From assembly GCA_009923445.1 (NCBI GenBank), contig RFTN01000004.1:66438-130437 (forward strand): DNA of 64,000 bases. The letters are read 5' to 3'. Shown piece by piece: positions 49,832-60,216 of the stretch. Position numbers and translations under genes: made by a program. Numbering within the stretch: the stretch's first letter is position 1; each line of letters starts with the position of its first letter. The notes below the pieces were generated by a model. That model was not told the origin of the DNA. It saw only the letters and a list, made by a program, of their open reading frames with translations, and ran no database searches. The stretch comes from a bacterium. GTDB lineage: Bacteria; Patescibacteriota; Saccharimonadia; Saccharimonadales; SZUA-47.

Positions 49832-51040
49832 ATGGATATGTTCCGCAATATTTTAAATAAAAACGACACTGTTAAAGAATCTTCTGAGTGGAAACTACCA
49901 TCAATCGATCTTTTGAGTAAAAACGAAAAAATTATAGATCAAGATACTACTGAAGAACGTTCTAAGCTCATTACAGATGCGGTGCTAGTGATGAATACCA
50001 TTAAGGATTACGGTTGTGATGTTGAGCTTGAGCATGTCACATCTGGCCCTAGACTTAACGTGTATCGGTTTAAACCGAAAGTTGGTAACTCAGTAAAAGA
50101 CCAAAAAGAACTAGCCAGAAATATCTCTCAGGCACTCGACACTAACACTGTGCGGGTATTTGTTGAAAACAAAGACAATGCTCGCATACAGATAGAGGTA
50201 ACGCGCAATACACCTACATTTGTTTCGTTAAGAGAGATGCTCGAGTCTCGACAATTTACTGATAGTGAAGCAAAACTTCCGATAGTTATTGGGCTGGATG
50301 TTGCTGGTGTGCCAATAGTTGAAGACCTAACCAAGATGCCTCACATGCTCATCTCTGGCCAAGTAGGATCTGGCAAATCTACTTTCCTTAACTCTCTTAT
50401 CATGAGTTTGCTATATACAAAGAGCCCTGACGAGGTAAAACTAATTCTAGTAGATCCAAAATGGGTTGAATTCACGGTATACAACGATATCCCTCACCTA
50501 TTAACGCCGGTTATAAATGCCCCAGAAGACTGGAATAAGGCTAGTAATTGGTTACTTGAGGAGATGGAACGCCGTTTTGTAACACTAGCAAACAGTAGAA
50601 CAAAAAACATTGAAGAATATAACGCCAAAGCTGAAGTACGAATGCCCTATATCATTATGGTGAATGACGAGTTTGCTGACTTAATGATGCTGGACGGCGA
50701 AGCAACAGAAAAATTAGTTGTAGAGTTAGCTCAAAAATCTCGAGCCGTTGGTATTCACCTTGTAATTGCAACACAGCGTCCAAGTGTCGATGTAATTACC
50801 GGGATGATTAAAGCCAACATCCCATCTAGAGTTGGTTTAACGACTGCTAGCAAAGTAGATAGCCGTACAATTATTGATCAAGAAGGTGCCGAGAAACTCC
50901 TTTCTAAAGGCGATATGTATTATTCCAATTACCAGATGCCAAAACCCGAACGCATGCAGGGCGCACTTATTACAGACGAAGAAGTCATTAAAGTAACTGA
51001 TTATCTTAGGTCTAAAAGTTCGCCTGTCTATGTTATCTAG
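49832..51040 (+). CDS. FtsK/SpoIIIE-family DNA translocase (TraB/conjugative type)
   Basis: Walker A GQVGSGKST, Walker B IIMVNDEFADL and ATQRPSVDVITG. It has no N-terminal membrane domain. Confidence 0.88.
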   Translation: MDMFRNILNKNDTVKESSEWKLPSIDLLSKNEKIIDQDTTEERSKLITDAVLVMNTIKDYGCDVELEHVTSGPRLNVYRFKPKVGNSVKDQKELARNISQALDTNTVRVFVENKDNARIQIEVTRNTPTFVSLREMLESRQFTDSEAKLPIVIGLDVAGVPIVEDLTKMPHMLISGQVGSGKSTFLNSLIMSLLYTKSPDEVKLILVDPKWVEFTVYNDIPHLLTPVINAPEDWNKASNWLLEEMERRFVTLANSRTKNIEEYNAKAEVRMPYIIMVNDEFADLMMLDGEATEKLVVELAQKSRAVGIHLVIATQRPSVDVITGMIKANIPSRVGLTTASKVDSRTIIDQEGAEKLLSKGDMYYSNYQMPKPERMQGALITDEEVIKVTDYLRSKSSPVYVI

Positions 51041-51168
51041 AAAAGTACTTAGTAGAATCTACGATCTAATTGAAAATATACTAGTTAAACTTGCGTGGCT
51101 ATATGGGTACGTTGAAGGCTGGGTGCGTCGAGATTAGAGCAGTTTTAAGTCTTACTCAGGACTAATAA

Positions 51169-51474
51169 CTACCAGCGCGGGATATCACCAACCTGCGTTG
51201 GCTTAAAATGAATGTCCCGCTCTACCTTGAGTCCAAACGGTCCTTCAATACTCTCTAGCTCTTGAAGTGAGAAGTAACCAAACTCTGCATCAAGACCCTT
51301 CACGAATCCGAAGCATTGGTTCTCACCATCAAACTCGATAACGTACCATGTCCAGTTACTCCATGGTGTGAAGAACTTAGCATGGATGATCTTGTCTTCC
51401 ATCTCTACATCTTCCGTCTCATACAACTTTGGTATGTTTGCTAGATCAGCGTTAGTTAGTAATGATGAATTCAT
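51169..51474 (-). CDS. DUF2958-family protein
   Basis: MNSSLLTNADLANIPKLYETED...KFFTPWSNWTWYVIEFDG...FGFVKGLDAEFGYFSLQELE...ERDIHFKP. ATG 51474 follows AAGGAGG. The long N-terminal extension in the track is rejected. Confidence 0.75.
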   Translation of the reverse strand: MNSSLLTNADLANIPKLYETEDVEMEDKIIHAKFFTPWSNWTWYVIEFDGENQCFGFVKGLDAEFGYFSLQELESIEGPFGLKVERDIHFKPTQVGDIPRW

Positions 51475-51696
51475 TGCAGCCTCCTTTGGCATTTCTTTAT
51501 TAACGCCGATGGAAGCACGGCATAGGTTCTGGCTTGGCAAGGTGGAGATGCCCCATAAGACAACCAAACTTATCAATAATGTCTTATGGGCGAATACTAC
51601 CTTACCTAGTCTGGTTCTATGCGTACACTGAGAAGGCATAAGAAAGAAAAAACTATATTTCGGTTTACTGGGGAAAAAGTTCTATAATATACAATA

Positions 51697-54600
51697 ATGG
51701 CGTTAATTGATAACAAAGAGAAAACACTACAAGAAGCATTGAAGAATGCCTTACCCAATGTAGAGTCGGTTGATATCTTAACGGCCTACTTTTATTTTTC
51801 TGGCTTTTCTGCCTTAGCAGATGAACTTAAAGACAAGAAAATACGCATACTTGTAGGCAAAGCAATTGATCCGAATGCGGTTGATGATTTAAGCGCTGCC
51901 ATGAAACATGATCCAAATGTTAGCTTGGATGCGTTTCAGAACCGTAAGTATGTCAGTCTTAGCCAAACTCAAAAACAATCGGAGTATACCGAAAGCTTTA
52001 TACGACTTTTCAATAAATCTGCATTGTCTGAAGCTTTTGATGGAACTAGAGACCAATATATGCAGAAGATCTTTGAAGATAAGCTTCGTGACGGTTCACT
52101 TGAAATTCGAATGACAAATGAAGCAAATCATGCAAAAGCGTATATCTTGACGAATAAACAAGAGTTTTCTCAGGGTGGCGACTACAAGGGTAACGTGTTC
52201 ATGGGATCATCTAACTTTACTTATAGCGGTTTGGTCGGCCAAGGTGAACTAAATGAATCTCATCGAGATAACGACAACTACGATAAGTACTCTAAGCACT
52301 TTAGTAATTTATGGAACGATTCAAACGCTATCGATATCCAAGTAAAAGATACTCCAGACTCCGAAGATAGTTTCTTGAATAAAATCCAGAAACGTCTATG
52401 GATACATTCAACACCTGATCCATATAAGATTTTTATTCGAGTTCTACATGAAATTTATGCCGAGCTAGAAGACGAAGATGTAAAAACACCCTCCTCCATA
52501 ACTGGCGGGAAATTCACTAATCTAAAATACCAACTCGACGCTATTAGATCAGGCATAGACTGTGTAAATAAAAATAATGGCGTGATCATAGCCGATGTGG
52601 TTGGTCTCGGTAAATCCGTGATTGCATCAGCGATCGCGCACAACTTAGAAATGTCCACGATAATTATTACCCCTCCACACCTCAAGTCTCAATGGCAAGA
52701 TTACGCAACACGATTCAAGATACCTGGTGCTCACGTTGAGAGTGGTGGAATGATACGGCACCTACACGAGCACTATGCAAAGGATAGTGAGCCAAAACTT
52801 TACATCATAGACGAGGCTCATCGTTATAGAAACGAACTTACAGACGACTACCAATGGCTCCATCAATTAACACGCTCTAATGCAAATAATAAAGTCTTAT
52901 TATTGACGGCAACTCCCTATAACAATAGGCCCCAAGACCTGTTTGCTATGGTAAAACTTTTCCAAACACCAAGTCGCTCAACTATTAATTCTGTAGACAA
53001 CCTTGGTCTTCGTTTTGACGATTTAATCGTAAAATATCGTAAACTTGAAAAAATTGGTAAAAAAAACCTGTCAGAAGAAGTTAAAGGAGAGCTACAGAAG
53101 CTAAGCAACGAACTTCGTTTACTCATCGAGCCTATTGTAATTCGTCGTTCGCGTATAGATCTTAAAGAAATTAAAGAGTACGCCGACGATCTAAGAAACC
53201 AAAATATTGAATTTCCAGAAATCGTAGGTCCAGAATTAGTGGAATATGATCTAGGTAATATTCGTCAGCTTTACATTCAAACACTTGAAAAACTTACTGA
53301 TACAGAAAATGGTTTTAACGGAGCGCGTTACCAGTCGGCTTCATACATTAAAGATCGTGATACGTTTATAGAGAAATACGGGGATTTCTTTGATGATTCA
53401 GATCTTAAGACCGCTCAGGCCAACTTGGCATTCTTTATGCGCCGATTACTTGTACAGCGCTTCGAGAGCTCAAAGTATGCCTTCCAAACTACATTAGATA
53501 ATATGATTCGTTCTCACGAGATAATCTTAAAATGGTGGGATAAAGGCTATGTCCCTATCCGAAAAAAAGAGGGTCTTATAGATCCGGACGAACTGGAAGA
53601 ATTTGATAGCATTGATGCTATAAATGATTTAATTGAGAGTGGCGAAGAAATAGACGCTGAAGCTATTAAAAAGGTAGCCCTAACGATACCGAGAGATCTA
53701 TTTGAAGATACCTTTGCTTTACTTGTGAAAGATGACCTCGCCTTGTTAGAAGAAATTAAGCATAGCTGGTTCTCTAATGGAATTACGGGAGATGACCCAA
53801 AACAAGTCCGAACCGAACAAAAAATACGAGAGTTACTTGATGAAAACCCTAATAGAAAAATCGTAATATTTTCAGGTTACGCTGACACTGCTGAGTACGT
53901 AGCTAAAAATCTTAGAGAACACGGGCTAGACAGAACACTACTATATACAGGCTCATCCACTAATGAGCTGAAAAAAGTTGTGTCTGAGAACTTTGACGCA
54001 TCGTATGATGGAGACCATAAAAATGATTACGATATTGTTGTTGCGACGGATGCTTTAAGTGAAGGATTCAACCTTCACCGGGCGGGTATCGTTATTAATT
54101 ACGACATACCCTACAACCCAACTCGTGTCGTTCAACGTATCGGTAGAATTAACCGTATAAACCAAAAGATGTTTGATAAAATCTATATTTACAATTTCTT
54201 CCCAACAGATGTCGGTGAAGGTGTTGCGAATGTTAAGGGCATAAGCACGCTAAAGATGCTTCTTATTAACAATATAGTTGGTAGCGACACTCGAACGCTT
54301 ACGCCGGATGAAGATCTAAAGAGTTATTTCAAAAGTACATATAACGATGCAGATAGTGCTAATAGCGAACGGTCGTGGGATAACGAATACCGCAATATAT
54401 ACAATGCAGTTAAACATGATCATAACCTCCTAAAAGAAGTCTTGAATATACCAGAACGAACTCGTATAGTTCGCAACGGACGACCAAATAATGTATCTAT
54501 ATCGTTTGCACGGCGTGGCAATGGAATTCTGTTCGCACTAGCCGGTGAATATGATTCAGAAGCGGAGATTGTGTCGCCGGAATTTGTATTACCTTACTTT

Positions 54601-54999
54601 AAGGCCAGTAGCGATGAAAAATCACACGAAGGCGATGCAGCATTAGATAGCAAATTTGAAATACTACGAAAACGCATTACAGCTCCTCACCCACTACCAA
54701 AAATTCAAGGACGCAGAGCTGACGCATTAAAGATAATTGAAGCCCTGAAAGAAGTGTATTCACCAGAGCGTAACTACCTTACTGATCTGTATGATGCTAT
54801 TCGAGAGTTCGATGACTTATCAAACGGAGAGCTTAAATACATTGCCCAAATAAGACTCGATGAAAATAATCTAGGTGAAGCCGTCCATGAACTTAGACAG
54901 AAGTTTACCCCACATTATTTGGGAGTTATTAAAGAGAAGGCAGAAGCAATCGATAGTGTATCGGAAATAATCATGTTCACGGAAGACTTGCGTAAATGA
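51697..54999 (+). CDS. PLD-nuclease-domain / SNF2-family helicase fusion protein (1100 aa)
   Basis: A single HKD motif (NHAKAYILTN...GSSNFTYSG) in the N-terminal part of the protein. SNF2 motifs follow: DVVGLGKS (I), IIDEAHRYRN (II), LLLTATPYNN (III), ATDALSEGFNLH (V), QRIGRINR (VI). Confidence 0.85.
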   Translation: MALIDNKEKTLQEALKNALPNVESVDILTAYFYFSGFSALADELKDKKIRILVGKAIDPNAVDDLSAAMKHDPNVSLDAFQNRKYVSLSQTQKQSEYTESFIRLFNKSALSEAFDGTRDQYMQKIFEDKLRDGSLEIRMTNEANHAKAYILTNKQEFSQGGDYKGNVFMGSSNFTYSGLVGQGELNESHRDNDNYDKYSKHFSNLWNDSNAIDIQVKDTPDSEDSFLNKIQKRLWIHSTPDPYKIFIRVLHEIYAELEDEDVKTPSSITGGKFTNLKYQLDAIRSGIDCVNKNNGVIIADVVGLGKSVIASAIAHNLEMSTIIITPPHLKSQWQDYATRFKIPGAHVESGGMIRHLHEHYAKDSEPKLYIIDEAHRYRNELTDDYQWLHQLTRSNANNKVLLLTATPYNNRPQDLFAMVKLFQTPSRSTINSVDNLGLRFDDLIVKYRKLEKIGKKNLSEEVKGELQKLSNELRLLIEPIVIRRSRIDLKEIKEYADDLRNQNIEFPEIVGPELVEYDLGNIRQLYIQTLEKLTDTENGFNGARYQSASYIKDRDTFIEKYGDFFDDSDLKTAQANLAFFMRRLLVQRFESSKYAFQTTLDNMIRSHEIILKWWDKGYVPIRKKEGLIDPDELEEFDSIDAINDLIESGEEIDAEAIKKVALTIPRDLFEDTFALLVKDDLALLEEIKHSWFSNGITGDDPKQVRTEQKIRELLDENPNRKIVIFSGYADTAEYVAKNLREHGLDRTLLYTGSSTNELKKVVSENFDASYDGDHKNDYDIVVATDALSEGFNLHRAGIVINYDIPYNPTRVVQRIGRINRINQKMFDKIYIYNFFPTDVGEGVANVKGISTLKMLLINNIVGSDTRTLTPDEDLKSYFKSTYNDADSANSERSWDNEYRNIYNAVKHDHNLLKEVLNIPERTRIVRNGRPNNVSISFARRGNGILFALAGEYDSEAEIVSPEFVLPYFKASSDEKSHEGDAALDSKFEILRKRITAPHPLPKIQGRRADALKIIEALKEVYSPERNYLTDLYDAIREFDDLSNGELKYIAQIRLDENNLGEAVHELRQKFTPHYLGVIKEKAEAIDSVSEIIMFTEDLRK

Positions 55000-57900
55000 T
55001 ACTTAATGAACCATACAGCAAGGAATCTTTTGAGGAATTCTTAAAAGTTTTCTTGCCCGATTACCAAAAAGATGAGCGCAAGGTACGAACCCCGGACAGT
55101 TCCATTCTTACTGAAGTCAATCAACTGGGAATTTCTCGTGCTGTCAATGTAACCGTTCTAGAAGCTGAATGCGAAGAAACAGACACTAATAGACGTATCG
55201 CCATCACACAAGCGGCGTTTAAGGTTTTGCGCGATCACAGCATACGCAACGCAATAATTGCCTTTCACGATGGCGATGATCAATGGCGTCTGTCATTGCT
55301 TACTTCATCTTTATACATCAAGGACGGTCAAGTTGTTAAAAAAGACAGCAACCCTCGTCGCTACTCATATTTACTGGGCCCTGATGCAAAGACTGCAACA
55401 CCATATAAGTATCTTATAAAAAATGGAAGGGTTACAGATTTTGAGGATTTACAAGGACGATTCTCAATAGAAGTTGTAAACAAGGAGTTCTACAGCTCTA
55501 TAGCCGAACTCTATACTAAACTTATTGGCGGTAAACGTAAAAAAGGTAGCAGCTTAATTGAGTATCAAGGATTGCTTAGAATAAAAGGAGAGGTAAATCA
55601 GTCTTTAGAGCATCAGGAGTTTGCTGTTAGGCTCATCGGTAGACTTGTCTTCTGCTGGTTTCTTCGCGAGAAAAAAAGTGCTAAAGGTACTTCTTTGATT
55701 CCAGACACTATCTTGTCTGCAAAAGCAGCCCAAAAGGACCAGTATTACCATACAGTACTAGCCCCACTTTTTTTTGAACTGCTTAATCAACGGCCTGCTA
55801 TGCGCAAAGATCCTTTCAAAGAGTATCCGCACTCCATGATCCCATATCTTAACGGTGGACTTTTCAGCCCTCAGAAAGGCGAAAGTGGAGATTACTATGA
55901 ATATAGCGAAGCTACAAAGGGGGCTACACTAGGCTTAGTCGATGTACCTGATTCCTGGTTGAAGGAATTTACTGAGCTACTAGAAACCTATAATTTCACA
56001 GTCGACGAAAACACATCATATGACGCTGATCTTTCTGTAGACCCAGAGATGCTTGGTAGAATTTTTGAAAATCTCTTGGCGGAGATCAACCCTGAAACCG
56101 GAGAAAGTGCACGCAAGAGCACGGGTAGTTTTTATACACCTCGTGAGATTGTTGAGTATATGGTTGACCGAAGCCTCGTTTGTTTTTTGGCGCAGAGAAC
56201 CAATATAGAGACAAAAAAACTCGAAGCATTAGTTAGTTATGGTATAGAAGACGATGTCGAGTTTCAGCGTACATTAGATGAGGAAAAAGCTATAGTAGAT
56301 GCTCTAGCAAACTTCACAATATTAGATCCGGCTTGCGGGTCAGGTGCTTTTCCTATCGGCATATTACAGAAGGTAGTATACATACTACAACAAGTAGACA
56401 AAGAGGCTAGGCACTGGTTAGAGAGGCAGCTTAAGGGTGTATCCCCAGAGCTCAGGAGGCATCTTGAACAACAATACGAAGATCAAAATTACGATTATCT
56501 CAGAAAGCTTGGCGTAATTAGGGAAAGTATTTTCGGTGTCGATATCCAGCCTATTGCTACAGAGATAGCGCGACTCCGTTGTTTCTTGACTCTGATTGTG
56601 GAGGAAGAAGTGGATGACGAGGCGCCTAATAGGGGTATTCAACCATTACCAAATCTTGATTTTAAGTTTGTTAGTGCCAACTCTTTAGTTCATCTTCCGG
56701 TAAACGACATCCAAAATAAGGCAAAACAACAACAGATATTTGAAGATTCAACTCACATCGACGAACTTAAAGAGATACGAAACAAGTACTTTGGTGCAAA
56801 TTCAATAGAGAGGCTAGAGCTACAGAGTGAGTTTAATGCTCTACAGACTGAGATGGCTCTTAAAAATGTTGATGAATACAAGGGAGCGGCATCTGAACTC
56901 TACAACTCTCTGACTCGCTGGAAACCATTTGAGCACAGTATGGTTGGCTGGTTCGATGCGGAATGGATGTTTGGTATAGATAAATTTGATGTAATTATTT
57001 CTAACCCACCGTGGGGCGCAAAGCTAACCGCTGATGAAAAGATGATCCTTAAAAGTACATATCCTTCAATCGACTCTTCAACCCCTAACTCATTTGCATA
57101 TTTTATTGGTCTTGCACTACAACTGAACGCACAGGTCCTTACTTACGTGCTACCTGATAGCATAATGACGAAGGACTACGCTAAGACCCGTGCACTTCTA
57201 CGGCCATTTCTGACTAACTTAAACTGGTATCAAAATTCTGGAGTCCCAGAAAAATTTAGGCCATTCATATACGTTGAGCACGATGTATGCGTTATGGTTG
57301 CAACTCAAGAATTGAGTGACGAGGTGCATTATTGTAGGTATGATTACATCCCTACTAAAATAATCAAAAACGAATGGATTGCCAGTAAAGAAGTAACTAT
57401 AAGACCCGCTTTTGAATACGTCTTTAATTTATTAGCAACTGATGATGACTATAAAATTCTGGATAAACTTACTAAGCACGAGCCTTTAAGCATTAAATTG
57501 CAATGTCACGAGGGCATTCATACGGGTAACAGTAGAGATATACTCTTTAGTAAAGAAACCAAGGGTAACTTTAAACCATTATTCTACGGCGGGGGTGCAG
57601 GAGACACTATCGATGACTATGTCTCTCAGACAAGTGGATGGTTTGTCGATTATCGCTCAGAAATAGTTAGTAAGAGTGAAGGTAATTATGCATCTCTTCG
57701 AGATGAGAGGATATTTTCAAACCCAAAACTGTATGTCACTAGAACAGGAAACCCTTTGAAGGTCTTTCTTGATGAAGGAACATATGCTTCTAACAACTTT
57801 TTCTCACTACAGCTTAAAGATTATTCTAAAAACAGCGTGGAAGAGTTAAAATTAATCCTACCTTTCATCAACTCTAGAATTGCACAATATTTTATCAGAA

Positions 57901-58154
57901 CTTTTGCCGCACCACGAATTGGCTCTACGTTTATAGAGACGAAAATAATGCATTTACTAAAACTTCCAGTTCCCGTGCTTGATGGTAGTAATAGAGAGGA
58001 ACTACTAAAATTGGTAGATCAGGCGATTGACAGCAAGAGAAGCAGATCGACCAATGACTTCAGTGCAATCAATGAGAAGATCCAAATGTTTATATATAAT
58101 GCTTACGGCCTAACTCCAGCAGAAATCCAGCTAATCGAGGAGTCTACAAAATGA
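54996..58154 (+). CDS. Eco57I/PglX-like gamma-class N6-adenine DNA methyltransferase with C-terminal target-recognition region (1052 aa)
   Basis: SAM motif ILDPACGSGAFP, catalytic IISNPPWG, and a C-terminal LNSRIAQYF-type TRD segment. ATGA overlap with the upstream helicase gene. Confidence 0.85.
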   Translation: MILNEPYSKESFEEFLKVFLPDYQKDERKVRTPDSSILTEVNQLGISRAVNVTVLEAECEETDTNRRIAITQAAFKVLRDHSIRNAIIAFHDGDDQWRLSLLTSSLYIKDGQVVKKDSNPRRYSYLLGPDAKTATPYKYLIKNGRVTDFEDLQGRFSIEVVNKEFYSSIAELYTKLIGGKRKKGSSLIEYQGLLRIKGEVNQSLEHQEFAVRLIGRLVFCWFLREKKSAKGTSLIPDTILSAKAAQKDQYYHTVLAPLFFELLNQRPAMRKDPFKEYPHSMIPYLNGGLFSPQKGESGDYYEYSEATKGATLGLVDVPDSWLKEFTELLETYNFTVDENTSYDADLSVDPEMLGRIFENLLAEINPETGESARKSTGSFYTPREIVEYMVDRSLVCFLAQRTNIETKKLEALVSYGIEDDVEFQRTLDEEKAIVDALANFTILDPACGSGAFPIGILQKVVYILQQVDKEARHWLERQLKGVSPELRRHLEQQYEDQNYDYLRKLGVIRESIFGVDIQPIATEIARLRCFLTLIVEEEVDDEAPNRGIQPLPNLDFKFVSANSLVHLPVNDIQNKAKQQQIFEDSTHIDELKEIRNKYFGANSIERLELQSEFNALQTEMALKNVDEYKGAASELYNSLTRWKPFEHSMVGWFDAEWMFGIDKFDVIISNPPWGAKLTADEKMILKSTYPSIDSSTPNSFAYFIGLALQLNAQVLTYVLPDSIMTKDYAKTRALLRPFLTNLNWYQNSGVPEKFRPFIYVEHDVCVMVATQELSDEVHYCRYDYIPTKIIKNEWIASKEVTIRPAFEYVFNLLATDDDYKILDKLTKHEPLSIKLQCHEGIHTGNSRDILFSKETKGNFKPLFYGGGAGDTIDDYVSQTSGWFVDYRSEIVSKSEGNYASLRDERIFSNPKLYVTRTGNPLKVFLDEGTYASNNFFSLQLKDYSKNSVEELKLILPFINSRIAQYFIRTFAAPRIGSTFIETKIMHLLKLPVPVLDGSNREELLKLVDQAIDSKRSRSTNDFSAINEKIQMFIYNAYGLTPAEIQLIEESTK

Positions 58155-58624
58155 AGGGTATGGATAATGGAAAAACTGAACTTACATCACTCCTATCCGG
58201 TGTAGCAGGTGAATATTTTGTAGCTGCTGAGCTTTCAAGGAGGGGTTATTTAGCTTCTATTACACTGAGAAATACAAAAGGAGTGGATATACTTTGCTCC
58301 AACTCTGATGCCACAAAGACTGTAGCCATCCAAGTAAAAACAAATAGAAGGTCAAATCGTGAGTGGGTTCTAAACCAGAAAGCGGAATTCTTCTATGCCG
58401 ATAATCATTTTTATGTATTCGTTAATCTGCACAATAATAAACAGCAACCAGATTACTTTATTGTGCCTAGCAAAGTAGTAGCAACTTACGTAAAAGAGAC
58501 ACATGCAGCTTGGCTTGCAGCACCTGGCAAAGCTGGCCGAGCGCATATAGATACTACTATGCGTAAGTTCGCTGACCTTAGCGAAGAGTATAGGAATTGC
58601 TGGGATAATCTAGGTTTAAATTAA
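58151..58624 (+). CDS. small PD-(D/E)xK-like protein (157 aa), putative nuclease
   Basis: GEYFVAAELSRRGY...GVDILC...VAIQVKT spacing resembles the E...D...(E/Q)xK restriction-endonuclease-fold core. ATGA overlap with the methyltransferase gene. Confidence 0.45.
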   Translation: MKGMDNGKTELTSLLSGVAGEYFVAAELSRRGYLASITLRNTKGVDILCSNSDATKTVAIQVKTNRRSNREWVLNQKAEFFYADNHFYVFVNLHNNKQQPDYFIVPSKVVATYVKETHAAWLAAPGKAGRAHIDTTMRKFADLSEEYRNCWDNLGLN

Positions 58625-58628
58625 ACGC

Positions 58629-60107
58629 ATGCAGTTATCTAAGTCAGAATACATGATGTTCTTGAAGCACCCTGCATGGCTGTGGCTTAAAAAACACGAT
58701 AAATCCAAACTCCCACCAATCGACGATAACACTCAGGCTGTGTTTGATGCTGGAAATATGTTTGAAGGCTATGCAGAGAAGCTATTCCCTGAAGGTATCA
58801 GACTTGGTTTTAGTGATTATAGTGAATATCAATTGCTTCCCCAGGCGACAACGAAAGCTATTAAAGACGGCAATAAGACCATATTTCAAGGTAGGTTTGA
58901 GTACGAGAGTATTACTTGCATCTGTGACGTTGTACAGTTTATAGACGGTAGCACTGTAGATCTATACGAAATAAAGTCCAGTACAAAAGCCAAGCCTGAA
59001 CACCATCTAGACCTTGCGTTCCAGATGGTCGTATTAGAGGGCAATGGTTACGAAGTACGTAATATTGAGGTAATCCACGTTAACAATCAGTACGTACGTA
59101 ATGGCGATGTTAAAGCAGAGGATATTGTAGCTAAAACTAACGTAACTGATAAAGTTAAAAATAAAAGAGATTTTACAGTTCAAAAGATAGCCGAAGCCGT
59201 AAAGATGCTCGAAGACGGTGATCACCCAGATTTTTCTCCATTCTTGGCTGGCGACAATGGCGCATTTGCCGAGTGGCTAGAAATATATAAACACCTATAC
59301 CCACAAGATAAGGGAAGTATTTATGATTTATGCAGGCTGGACTCAACGACTCTTAAGAACTTAATAGATTCTGGTATTGAGCGTATTGTAGATATTCCTG
59401 AAGACTTTGCACTTAAACCGGTACAGGCGCTTCAGGTAGAAGCTACAAAGCTTGGGCATCCTATAATTCACAGTGACAAAATTAAAGCATTTCTAGATGA
59501 ACTTGTGTTCCCGCTGTATTTCTTTGACTACGAAACACTGATGAGTATAGTGCCTTACTTTGACGGCGTAAGACCATACCAACAACTTCCATTCCAGTAT
59601 TCATTGCATATTCTAGAATCTCCGGATGCTGAGCTTAGACACAAAGAATACCTACATACCGTTAATTCCAACCCAGCTCATCCCCTATCACAGAAATTGC
59701 ACGATGATATTGGGACACAAGGCACAGTACTTGTTTGGTATGAAAGCTTTGAAAAGTCACGTAATAGCGAGCTTGGAGAGTTACTTCCTGAATTTAAAGA
59801 GGCGTTTAAAGCATTAAACGGACGAGTTGTAGACTTAATCGCTCCATTCTCTAAAGGTTGGTACGTTGATAAAGACTTCAAAGGAAGTGCATCGATAAAG
59901 GATGTTTTACCTGTGCTTGTTCCTGAATTGTCATACAAAGTTCTTGGCATACAAGAAGGAGGATCTGCTCAAAGATTATGGATGGAAGCAGTACTAGATG
60001 GTAAGCGCGCAGATGAAAAAGAAAAGATCCTCAGCGACCTGCTTGAATACTGCAAGCTAGATACTTTGGCTATGGTCAAAATATATAACGTACTAAGAAA
60101 GTTATAG
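58629..60107 (+). CDS. DUF2779-type protein: Cas4-like PD-(D/E)xK N-terminal half plus RNase-H-like C-terminal half
   Basis: LSKSEYMMFLKHPAWLWL N-terminus and a D...DLYEIKSS nuclease core. The C-terminal half has LYFFDYETLMSIVPYFDGVRPYQQLPFQYSLH and YCKLDTLAM, as I recall for DUF2779. Confidence 0.65.
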   Translation: MQLSKSEYMMFLKHPAWLWLKKHDKSKLPPIDDNTQAVFDAGNMFEGYAEKLFPEGIRLGFSDYSEYQLLPQATTKAIKDGNKTIFQGRFEYESITCICDVVQFIDGSTVDLYEIKSSTKAKPEHHLDLAFQMVVLEGNGYEVRNIEVIHVNNQYVRNGDVKAEDIVAKTNVTDKVKNKRDFTVQKIAEAVKMLEDGDHPDFSPFLAGDNGAFAEWLEIYKHLYPQDKGSIYDLCRLDSTTLKNLIDSGIERIVDIPEDFALKPVQALQVEATKLGHPIIHSDKIKAFLDELVFPLYFFDYETLMSIVPYFDGVRPYQQLPFQYSLHILESPDAELRHKEYLHTVNSNPAHPLSQKLHDDIGTQGTVLVWYESFEKSRNSELGELLPEFKEAFKALNGRVVDLIAPFSKGWYVDKDFKGSASIKDVLPVLVPELSYKVLGIQEGGSAQRLWMEAVLDGKRADEKEKILSDLLEYCKLDTLAMVKIYNVLRKL

Positions 60108-60216
60108 AGTACTGTAACGCACAGAATCTTTTCATAAGGATTAGATTTGAGTACAAGCGTTAGCAGTTTTGCGCTAACGTCAAATATCCGTTATAAAAAC
60201 TACTACTTATAGTGCC

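Noticed and set aside
51475-51639. 55-codon N-terminal extension of the DUF2958 ORF.
   Set aside because: A strong AAGGAGG SD sits just upstream of the internal ATG at 51474, and the family-typical sequence starts there. The extension is Cys/Leu-rich and lies in the divergent promoter region.
51697-60107. Calling the helicase/methylase operon canonical BREX or canonical DISARM.
   Set aside because: I saw no PglZ, BrxC or BrxL (BREX) and no DrmA/DrmB DUF1998 pair (DISARM) in the translations. Only partial component similarity exists.
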